A program made the translations under genes and the position numbers. From Anaeromyxobacteraceae bacterium (GTDB lineage: Bacteria; Myxococcota; Myxococcia; Myxococcales; Anaeromyxobacteraceae): 64,000 nt of DNA. Below are positions 43,865-51,763 of the stretch, piece after piece. How positions within the stretch are numbered: the stretch's first letter is position 1; every line of letters starts with the position of its first letter. The stretch is taken from NCBI GenBank assembly GCA_032654565.1, contig JAULAX010000015.1, positions 64,001-128,000 of the forward strand, in the 5' to 3' direction. The notes below the pieces were generated by a model. The model saw only the letters and a program-made list of their open reading frames with translations, did no database searches and had not been told where the DNA came from.

Positions 43865-44125
43865 ATGCCACGCCTCAGCGCCTTCTTCGGGATCGTCGTC
43901 TCCATGTACTACGAGGACCACCTCCCGCCGCACTTCCACGCCGTCTACGGCGGGGCACGAGCGGCCATCCGCATCGACACGCTCGAGGTCCTGCGTGGCT
44001 CCCTCCCCAGGCGGGCCCTGGCGCTCGTGGTGGAGTGGGCCATCCTCCACCGGACCGAGCTGGCCGCCGACTGGGAGCGGGCCCGCCGGCTGGAGCCGCT
44101 GGAATCGATCGCCCCGCTCGACTAG
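43865..44125 (+). CDS. DUF4160-family protein (putative TA toxin component)
   Basis: MPRLSAFFGIVVSMYYEDHLPPHFHAVY...W...IAPLD. Confidence 0.85.
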   Translation: MPRLSAFFGIVVSMYYEDHLPPHFHAVYGGARAAIRIDTLEVLRGSLPRRALALVVEWAILHRTELAADWERARRLEPLESIAPLD

Positions 44126-44134
44126 GCTCGCGGC

Positions 44135-44395
44135 ATGGTCTGCGTCGCCTCGGTGAGATGCCTCGATGGCTTCGTGGTGGAGCTCGGCTTCACCGACGGC
44201 GCCACCAGGACCCTCGACCTCGCCCCCTACCTGCGCGGACCGGTCTTCGCGCCGCACCGAGCCGACCCGGGCTTCTTCCGGTCGGTGCGGGTCGACGACG
44301 AGCTCGGGACCCTGGTCTGGCCCGACGACACCGACCTCGATCCCGAGGTGCTTCGCTGGGGACTGCGCCCGGCCTCGTGGGACCTGGCCGGGTGA
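44135..44395 (+). CDS. DUF2442-family protein (putative TA partner)
   Basis: LGFTDG...F..VRVD..LGTLVWPDDTDLDPEVL; directly follows DUF4160. Confidence 0.85.
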   Translation: MVCVASVRCLDGFVVELGFTDGATRTLDLAPYLRGPVFAPHRADPGFFRSVRVDDELGTLVWPDDTDLDPEVLRWGLRPASWDLAG

Positions 44396-44399
44396 CCGC

Positions 44400-45833
44400 T
44401 CAACCCCCGACCAGCCCCCGGTAGAGCTCGCGGTACCGCTCGGCGCTGCGCGCCCAGCTGAAGTCGAGCGCCATCCCCCGGCGCATCATGGCGTGCCAGG
44501 CCCGCTTGTCGCGGAAGAGCTCCAGGGCGCGGCGCACCGCCGTCACCAGCGCCCGGTGGCTGTACTCGGTGAAGGTGAACCCGGTGCCGCTCCGCCAGCC
44601 GTCGTAGTCGACCACGGTGTCGGCCAGCCCGCCCACCCGCCGCACCAGCGGCACCGTGCCGTAGCGCAGCGAGTAGAGCTGGTTGAGGCCGCAGGGCTCG
44701 AAGCGGCTGGGCATGAGGAAGAGGTCGGCGCCGGCCTCGATGCGGTGGGCCAGCCCCTCGTCGAAGCCGATCCGCACCGCCACCCGGTCGCGGTGGGTGC
44801 GGGCCGCCTGCGCCAGCGCCTCCTCCCAGTCGAGCCGGCCGCTCCCCAGCACCGCCAGCTGCAGGTCGCGCCTGAGCAGCTCGGGCAGGGCCGCCAGCAG
44901 CAGGTCGATCCCCTTCTGGTCGGCCAGCCGGCTCACCACCGCCAGCAGCGGCACCTCGGGGCGCACCGGCAGCCCCAGCTCCTCCTGCAGGGCCCGCTTG
45001 CAGGCCGCCTTGCCGGCCAGCCGCTGGGCGTCGAAGTGGGCCGGCAGGTGCGGGTCGCTGGCCGGGTCCCACTCGGCGACGTCGATGCCGTTCAGGATCC
45101 CGGAGAGCTGCCCGGACCGCCGGCGCAGCACCCCGTCGAGCCCCTCGCCCCCCTCCCAGGTGGTGATCTCCCGGGCGTAGGTGGGCGAGACGGTGGTGAC
45201 GGCGTCGGCGAAGACCAGCCCGGCCTTCATCAGGTTGAGCCGGTCGTGGAACTCGACGCCGTCGGGCCGGAAGATCTCCCAGGGGAGCCCCAGCGCCGGC
45301 AGCAGCTCCTTGGAGTAGGAGCCCTGGTAGGCCAGGTTGTGGATGGTGAAGACCGAGCGGGTGCGGGCCAGGGCCGGGTCGGTGGCGTGCTCCTCGCGGA
45401 GCAGCCAGGCCGCCAGCGCCGTCTGCCAGTCGTTGAGGTGGAGCACCGCCGGCCGGTGGCCGAAGGCGGCCGGCACCTCCAGCCCGGCGCGGCAGAGGTA
45501 GGTGAACCGCTCGGCGTTGTCGCCGTACTCGTGGCCGTGCTCGGCGTAGAGGCTGCGCCGCGAGCCGAAGTAGCGCTCGTGCTCCACCAGGTAGGTGGTG
45601 AGCCGGCCCTGGGTGCGCGACCAGACGGTGGTGGCCTCGCCCCGCACCCGCACCGCCAGGTGACGCGGCGTGAAGCCCTGGCGGGCCGCGTCGATGAAGC
45701 CGTAGCGCGGCGAGACCACCGCCACGCTGTCCCCGGCCGCGGCCAGCGCCGCCGGCAGCGCCCCCAGCACGTCCCCGAGCCCGCCGGTCTTGGAGAGCGG
45801 CGCCACCTCGGAGGCGAGGAAGAGCAGCTCCAT
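44400..45833 (-). CDS. glgA: Glycogen synthase
   Basis: KTGGLGDV, HLNDWQT, TIHNLAYQG, MPSRFEPCGLNQ. Confidence 0.95.
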   Translation of the reverse strand: MELLFLASEVAPLSKTGGLGDVLGALPAALAAAGDSVAVVSPRYGFIDAARQGFTPRHLAVRVRGEATTVWSRTQGRLTTYLVEHERYFGSRRSLYAEHGHEYGDNAERFTYLCRAGLEVPAAFGHRPAVLHLNDWQTALAAWLLREEHATDPALARTRSVFTIHNLAYQGSYSKELLPALGLPWEIFRPDGVEFHDRLNLMKAGLVFADAVTTVSPTYAREITTWEGGEGLDGVLRRRSGQLSGILNGIDVAEWDPASDPHLPAHFDAQRLAGKAACKRALQEELGLPVRPEVPLLAVVSRLADQKGIDLLLAALPELLRRDLQLAVLGSGRLDWEEALAQAARTHRDRVAVRIGFDEGLAHRIEAGADLFLMPSRFEPCGLNQLYSLRYGTVPLVRRVGGLADTVVDYDGWRSGTGFTFTEYSHRALVTAVRRALELFRDKRAWHAMMRRGMALDFSWARSAERYRELYRGLVGG

Positions 45834-45839
45834 GGCGGG

Positions 45840-46841
45840 CTAGACCAGCACCTTGCGGAGGAACTCGGCCGCCTCCTCGGGCGGGACCGGGTTGATGTGG
45901 AAGCCGGAGCCCCACTCGAAGCCGGCCACCTGGCTGAGCGCCGGCATCACCTCGATGTGCCAGTGGTAGCTCAGGCTGGGGGCGTCGCGGACCGGGTTGG
46001 AGTGGACGATGAAGTTGAAGGGCGGATCGCCCAGCCCGGCGGAGAGCCGGCGCAGCGTGGAGCGCAGCGCCTGGGCGCACTGCCCCAGCCGCTCCTTGGG
46101 CTCGGCCTCGAAGTTCGACTCGTGGCGCTTCGGCACGATCCAGGTCTCGAACGGGCTGCGCGGCGCCCAGGGGGCGAAGACCACGAACTCCTCGTTCTCG
46201 TAGACCAGCCGGGCCCGATCCTTCCGCTCCTGGGCCACCAGGTCGCAGAAGATGCACCGCTCGCGGTGCTCGTAGTGGCGGCGGGCCCCGTCGATCTCGT
46301 CCTGCACCTGCCGCGGCGTCACCGGCAGCGCGATCAGCTGGGAGTGGGCGTGCTCCATGGAGGCGCCGGCCTGGTGCCCCTGGTTCTTGAAGAGCAGGAT
46401 GTAGCGGAAGCGGGGGTCGTTGCGCAGGTCGAGGATGCGGGCCTTGAAGGCGAAGAGCACCTCGGTGACCTCGTGGTCGGAGAGGTCCTTCATCTGCCGG
46501 GGGTGATCGGCGGTCTCGATGACCACCTCGTGGGCCCCCACCCCGTTCATCAGGTCGTAGATCCCCTCGGCCTTGCGGTCGAGCTCCCCCTCGATCTTGA
46601 GGGCCGGGAACCGGTTGGGCACCACCCGCACCTTCCAGCCCGGGCCGTTGGGCGGCAGGGCCGGCGGCCGCCCCTGCACGTAGACCTCGCGCGGGGTCTT
46701 GTCCTCCTGCCCGGCGCAGAAGGGGCAGAGGCTGTCGGGGCCGCGGGGCGCGGGGCGGACGAAGTCGCTGGGCCGCCCGGCCCGGTCGGTGGCGATGATC
46801 ACCCAGCGGCCCACGATGGGATCTCGGCGAAGCTCGGGCAT
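45840..46841 (-). CDS. galT: GalT-like nucleotidyltransferase
   Basis: ELRRDP, CPFC, GAHEV, GASMEHAHSQ (HxHxQ), YHWH. Confidence 0.88.
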   Translation of the reverse strand: MPELRRDPIVGRWVIIATDRAGRPSDFVRPAPRGPDSLCPFCAGQEDKTPREVYVQGRPPALPPNGPGWKVRVVPNRFPALKIEGELDRKAEGIYDLMNGVGAHEVVIETADHPRQMKDLSDHEVTEVLFAFKARILDLRNDPRFRYILLFKNQGHQAGASMEHAHSQLIALPVTPRQVQDEIDGARRHYEHRERCIFCDLVAQERKDRARLVYENEEFVVFAPWAPRSPFETWIVPKRHESNFEAEPKERLGQCAQALRSTLRRLSAGLGDPPFNFIVHSNPVRDAPSLSYHWHIEVMPALSQVAGFEWGSGFHINPVPPEEAAEFLRKVLV

Positions 46842-46845
46842 GTGA

Positions 46846-48045
46846 TCAGCGCTCCTCGGCGAGGGCCGGGCCGGGGTCCGGCGGCGGCCGCAGGGTGGTG
46901 GCCACCGCCGCGGCGATGGCCATGAGCAGGCCGCCGGCCACGTAGGGGAAGGCGGCGGCCAGGGCGTAGCTGGCGGTGCCGGAGATGGGGCCGATGATCC
47001 GGCCCAGCGCCGACGCCGACTCGCCCAGCCCCATGGTCCCGCCCTGGTCTTCCTTCCTGGCCAGCTTGGAGAGCAGCGCCGAGAGGGTCGGCTGGGTCAG
47101 GCCGCTGCCCAGCGACATGGGGGCCAGCACCACCAGCAGGCCGGTGGTGGTGGCGGCGAAGGGGAGGACCACGAAGGTGGCCGCCTGCAGGGCCAGGCCG
47201 ACGATGAGCAGCTTGCGCTCGCCGTAGCGCTTGGCCAGCGGCCGGACCAGCCCGCCCTGCACCACCACCGCCAGCACCCCGATGTAGACGAAGACGTAGG
47301 GGACGTCGTGGTCGTGGATGCCGAAGGCGTCGGCGGCCAGGAAGGCGAAGGTGTTCTCCAGCGCCGAGAAGGCCAGGATGGAGAGGAAGGAGACCAGCAG
47401 CAGGCCGCGGATCCCCGGCCGGCCCAGCTCCTCGAAGAGGGCGGCGAAGCGGGGGCGGTGGCTGGCCCGGGCGTGGCTCTCCGGCTCGCGCAGGATGAAC
47501 CAGGCCGCCACCAGGTTGAGGGTGGCCAGCGCCGCCGCCGCGTAGCCGGGGGCGGCCAGCGAGTAGTGGGTGGAGAGCAGGCCGCCCATGGCCGGCCCGA
47601 GGATGAAGCCGAGGCCGAAGGAGATCCCGATGATGGCCATGCCGCCGGCCCGCTCCTCGGGCGGGGTGACGTCGGCCACGTAGGCGCGGGCGATGGCCAG
47701 GTTGGCGGTGGCGGCCCCGGCGAAGAGGCGGGAGACCAGCAGCCACTCGAAGGTCGGGGCCAGCGCGTAGCCGAGGAAGCCGACCGCGGTCATGGCGATG
47801 GAGCCGAGCAGCATGGGGCGGCGGCCGTAGCGGTCCGAGAGCCGGCCCCAGATGGGCGCGAAGACGAGCTGCATCGCCGAGTAGCCGGCCGAGAGCAGCC
47901 CGGTGACCGCCTCGGAGACGCCGAAGTGGCGGGCGTAGAGCGGCATGGTCGGGATCACCATCCCGAACCCGAGGAGATCGACGAAGACGACCAGGAAGAG
48001 GACGCCCAGGGCGGTGCGGCCACGGGCGGGGGGCAGGCGTGTCAC
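46846..48045 (-). CDS. MFS transporter (TetA/DHA1-like)
   Basis: DLLGFGMVIP, GRLSDRYGRRP, GFILGP. Confidence 0.88.
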   Translation of the reverse strand: MTRLPPARGRTALGVLFLVVFVDLLGFGMVIPTMPLYARHFGVSEAVTGLLSAGYSAMQLVFAPIWGRLSDRYGRRPMLLGSIAMTAVGFLGYALAPTFEWLLVSRLFAGAATANLAIARAYVADVTPPEERAGGMAIIGISFGLGFILGPAMGGLLSTHYSLAAPGYAAAALATLNLVAAWFILREPESHARASHRPRFAALFEELGRPGIRGLLLVSFLSILAFSALENTFAFLAADAFGIHDHDVPYVFVYIGVLAVVVQGGLVRPLAKRYGERKLLIVGLALQAATFVVLPFAATTTGLLVVLAPMSLGSGLTQPTLSALLSKLARKEDQGGTMGLGESASALGRIIGPISGTASYALAAAFPYVAGGLLMAIAAAVATTLRPPPDPGPALAEER

Positions 48046-48117
48046 GGGCGCGGAGCATACCCGCAGACGCCCCGGCGCGGCAGGGGTCGAGACCACCTCC
48101 CCGGACCGCGCCGCTGC

Positions 48118-48963
48118 TCAACCAGCGAGCAGGTGCGGGGCCAGCACCTCGTCGAGGGTCAGCGGCGGCCGCCCCTGCCGCCGGGCGTGGACCGACAGCA
48201 GCGTCTCCACGGCGCGCCGCCCCGCCGCCCCCAGCGCCACCGAGTGCTCGTTGACGTAGAGGTCGATGTGCTGGCGCATCACCGACTCCTCCAGCGCCTG
48301 GGCGTGGCGCACCACGTAGGGGGAGAGGGCGCCGCCGCCGGCCCGGGCCGCCTCGACGCTGGCCCGGACCAGCTGGTCGAGCTGGCGCAGCAGCGCCGGC
48401 CCCAGGCTGCGCCGGGCCACGATGCCGCCCAGCGGGATGGGGGCGCCGGTCCGCTCCTCCCAGGCCTCGCCGAGGTCGAGCAGCTTCACCAGCCCATGCG
48501 CCGCGTAGGTGAAGCGGCTCTCGTGGATGATGACGCCGGCGTCCACCTCGCCGCGCGCCACCGCCGCCTCGATCCCGGAGAAGCGCATGAAGCGCCGCCC
48601 CGCCGCCCCCGGGTAGACCAGGGAGAAGAGCAGGTGGGCGGTGGTCTGCTCGCCGGGGATGGCCACCGTGGAGCGCTCCGGGTCGAAGGCCTGCCCCGGC
48701 CGCGTCACCAGCAGCGGCCCCACCCCCCGCCCCAGCGCCCCGCCCGACTCCAGCAGCGCGTAGCGGCCGGCCACCTCGGGCAGCACGCCGTAGGAGAGCT
48801 TGCTGACGTCGAGCCGCCCGGCCAGCGCCCACTCGTTGAGCGTCTGCACGTCCTCGTGGAAGACCTCGAGCTGGAGGCCGCCGGTGTCGAGCCGGCCGTT
48901 GACCAGGGCGTCGAAGATGAAGGTGTCGTTGGGGCAGGGCGAGAGGCCCAGGGTCAGCGTCAT
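48118..48963 (-). CDS. mqnD: 1,4-dihydroxy-6-naphthoate synthase (futalosine pathway)
   Basis: LSPCPNDTFIF, GALGRGVGP, GVIIHESRF, PIPLG, HIDLYVN. Confidence 0.9.
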   Translation of the reverse strand: MTLTLGLSPCPNDTFIFDALVNGRLDTGGLQLEVFHEDVQTLNEWALAGRLDVSKLSYGVLPEVAGRYALLESGGALGRGVGPLLVTRPGQAFDPERSTVAIPGEQTTAHLLFSLVYPGAAGRRFMRFSGIEAAVARGEVDAGVIIHESRFTYAAHGLVKLLDLGEAWEERTGAPIPLGGIVARRSLGPALLRQLDQLVRASVEAARAGGGALSPYVVRHAQALEESVMRQHIDLYVNEHSVALGAAGRRAVETLLSVHARRQGRPPLTLDEVLAPHLLAG

Positions 48964-48973
48964 GGCCCGGAGC

Positions 48974-51151
48974 CTAGACCCGCCAGTTGACGCCGTCGAA
49001 GTCGCGGTCGGGGACGACCACGGTGACGAAGCCGTAGCGCGGCAGCCGCTCCACCTCCACCTGGCTGCGCAGCACGTGGACCGCCAGCGCCACCTTGTCG
49101 CCGGCCGCCAGCCCGAGCACGGCGAAGGGGATGGAGAGCTCGAGCACGTCGAGGAAGGCGGCCTGCCCGGCCGCCACGCCGCCCGGGGCCCGCCCCTCGC
49201 GCCGCTCCCCGTCGGGCCGCAGCTCGAAGTCCACCTCCACCTGCCGCCCGCGGGAGACCAGCTCGACGCGCACGTGGTTCCCCACCTCGGCGGCGCGGGG
49301 CGAGGACTCGGCCGGGTCGAGCCGGAGGTGGAGGGCCTCGAGGTCGAAGCCGAAGCGGAGCAGGCCGAAGGCGTGGGAGCCGCCGTACATCGAGCCGCGC
49401 GGCTGCCCGGGCCGGTAGAGCCCCGACCCCTGCCACTCGAAGAAGGTGGTCTCGCGGCCGTCGAGGGTGGGGGTGAAGAGCACGGTGGGATCGCGCAGCG
49501 GCCGGGCCTCGGCGCTGGCGGCGGCCGCCTCCACCCGCTTGATGGGCTCGAGCGCCTCGGGCGGTGGTGGGGCCCCGGCCAGCCGCGCCGCCTGCACCAC
49601 GTGGCCGCGGAAGAGGGCGTCGAACTCGGCCAGCTGCTCGGAGGCGAAGTCGTCGCCGTACCACCAGAACCAGTCGGAGCCCTCGGCCGCGTAGCAGTGG
49701 CGCCGGGCCCGGGCCAGCCGCTCCTCGTCGCCGCCGGCCTGGGCCGCCGCCTCCACGGCGTCGCGGGCCTTGCCCAGCGCCGTCCAGCCGCGCCGGTCCT
49801 CGGCGTGGCCGATCCAGATCCGGTAGGAGGCCTCGATCCAGCTCCCCGAGTGGATGCGGGGGATGGCCGGGCCGGGGGCGTCCTTGACCGCCTCGCCCAC
49901 CGTGGTGGTGGTGATGCGGGGGCGCGACTCCAGCCGGCTCCAGAGGGCGTCGAGGAACTCGTGGCCGGAGTTGGGGTAGTGCTCCCAGGCGTTCTCGCCG
50001 TCGAGGAAGACGCCCACCGTGGCCGGCCCCTGGTGGCCGTCGCGGGCCCAGCCCCGGCCGATCTCCTCGACACGGCCGGTGAAGTCGGCGGCCGCCTCGC
50101 CGGCCTCGGCGCGGGCGTAGTTGAAGCCGATCAGGTCGGAGAGCGAGCGGTCGCGGAAGAGCATCTTCAGCTCCCGGCCGTCGCCGGCCCTCACCCGCCA
50201 GGGCCGGTAGACCGAGCCGGCCCGCGGCGCCTCCGGCGGCAGCGAGTGGAGCAGCACCGCCTCGTCGGAGCAGGCCCAGCCCACCCCCTCGCTGGCCAGC
50301 ACCTCGAGCGCCTCGGGCGAGACCGAGCCCTCGGCCGGCCACATCCCGGCCGGCGGCGCCCCGAAGCGGCGGGCGTGGCTCTCCATGGCCTCGCGCACCT
50401 GCCAGCGGGCGTCCTCGGGGCGGCGGAAGCGCGGCGGCAGCTCCAGCCCGGGCAGGGCGCGGTGGGCGGCGTCGCTGTCACAGACCAGCGGCAGGATGGG
50501 GTGGAAGTAGGGGGTCGAGCTCAGCTCCACCTGCCCGCGCTCGGCCAGCTTGCGCCAGCGCGGCACCACCGCCGCCAGCAGGGTGCGCTGCGCCGCCAGC
50601 AGCTCGTCGAGGTCGGTGGCGTCGTACCCCTGCCCCTTCTCGCGCAGCCCCTGCAGCGAGGGGAGGTCGCGGAGCCCGCCGAAGCCGATCCAGGAGAGGT
50701 TGAAGAGCACCTGCAGGTCGGTCAGCTCCTGGGCGGTGAAGCCGGCCGCCACCCGCGGCAGGTCGACGGTGCGCAGGTCGCGCCCGCGCCGGTGGAGCAG
50801 CTCCCAGTAGCGGGGCAGCGGGCGGATGTTGGTCTCCCAGTCGACCATGAAGAACTGGCGCAGCACCGCCTGGCGCTCCTCGGGGGTGAGGTCGGCGGCG
50901 GGGCGGGCGGTGAGGTCGAGGAAGCGGTCGCGGGCGGTCCCGGCCACGTACTCCTCGAGCTGCTCGAGCAGCACCGGCGTGAAGTTGACGGTGCAGCGGA
51001 TGCCGGGGTGGCGGTCCAGCATCCAGGCCATGTCGTAGTAGGCGCGGGTGGCGTGCAGCCGCACCCAGGGCATGAGGTACTCGCCCGTCTCCGGCTCCCG
51101 GTAGAGGGGCTGGTGCATGTGCCACAGGAAGGCGAGACGGACCGGGGCCAT
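48974..51151 (-). CDS. Glycoside hydrolase family 57 (amylopullulanase-like)
   Basis: WHMHQP, MWPAEGSVS, LDGENAWE, AEGSDWFWW. Confidence 0.92.
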   Translation of the reverse strand: MAPVRLAFLWHMHQPLYREPETGEYLMPWVRLHATRAYYDMAWMLDRHPGIRCTVNFTPVLLEQLEEYVAGTARDRFLDLTARPAADLTPEERQAVLRQFFMVDWETNIRPLPRYWELLHRRGRDLRTVDLPRVAAGFTAQELTDLQVLFNLSWIGFGGLRDLPSLQGLREKGQGYDATDLDELLAAQRTLLAAVVPRWRKLAERGQVELSSTPYFHPILPLVCDSDAAHRALPGLELPPRFRRPEDARWQVREAMESHARRFGAPPAGMWPAEGSVSPEALEVLASEGVGWACSDEAVLLHSLPPEAPRAGSVYRPWRVRAGDGRELKMLFRDRSLSDLIGFNYARAEAGEAAADFTGRVEEIGRGWARDGHQGPATVGVFLDGENAWEHYPNSGHEFLDALWSRLESRPRITTTTVGEAVKDAPGPAIPRIHSGSWIEASYRIWIGHAEDRRGWTALGKARDAVEAAAQAGGDEERLARARRHCYAAEGSDWFWWYGDDFASEQLAEFDALFRGHVVQAARLAGAPPPPEALEPIKRVEAAAASAEARPLRDPTVLFTPTLDGRETTFFEWQGSGLYRPGQPRGSMYGGSHAFGLLRFGFDLEALHLRLDPAESSPRAAEVGNHVRVELVSRGRQVEVDFELRPDGERREGRAPGGVAAGQAAFLDVLELSIPFAVLGLAAGDKVALAVHVLRSQVEVERLPRYGFVTVVVPDRDFDGVNWRV

Positions 51152-51175
51152 CGGGGGACGGGCGCCGCCGGGAGG

Positions 51176-51742
51176 TCAGCGCCGGGGGCGGCGCGGGGCC
51201 GGGCGGTGCGCCGGGCGGGTGGCCTCGGCGTCGCCGGCGCGGCGCAGGGTGGCCGGGGGGGCGCCCGAGGCGGTGAAGGCCGGGCCGCCCTCCTGCTTCA
51301 CCTTCCACTCCTCCCAGAGGTTGAGCACCAGCGAGACGTCGCGGAGCGGGAGGTCCTTCTTGAGGTGCGGGAACTCGCCGATGAAGTCCTTGAAGAACTG
51401 GTCGTAGCGCTGCGGCGTGAAGTAGCGGAGCAGGGTCTCGCGGCCGTGGGCGTCGACGTCGAGGAACTCGATCCCCATGCCCGGCGCCAGGGTCTCGTCC
51501 TCCAGCTGCACCGCGTGGGTGACGCGGGAGCGGATGGCCAGCGGCTTCTCGGGCAGCTTCAGCTCGACGTGGACGTCGAGCTGCTCCGGCAGCAGGAAGC
51601 TGGAGGCCACGAAGAGGCCGCCCAGCCCCAGGTTGCGGGAGGTGCAGTAGGCCTCGAACTTCAGCCCGTCCCGGCCGGGGATGAACAGCCGGACGGGGAG
51701 TTCGATCTCGATCCGTTCGTATCGCCGCGTCGGTTCGGTCAC
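51176..51742 (-). CDS. PilZ-domain protein
   Basis: RRYER motif, NLGLGG, GMGIEF. Confidence 0.8.
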   Translation of the reverse strand: MTEPTRRYERIEIELPVRLFIPGRDGLKFEAYCTSRNLGLGGLFVASSFLLPEQLDVHVELKLPEKPLAIRSRVTHAVQLEDETLAPGMGIEFLDVDAHGRETLLRYFTPQRYDQFFKDFIGEFPHLKKDLPLRDVSLVLNLWEEWKVKQEGGPAFTASGAPPATLRRAGDAEATRPAHRPAPRRPRR

Positions 51743-51763
51743 GGGCAGGACGATAACACCGGG

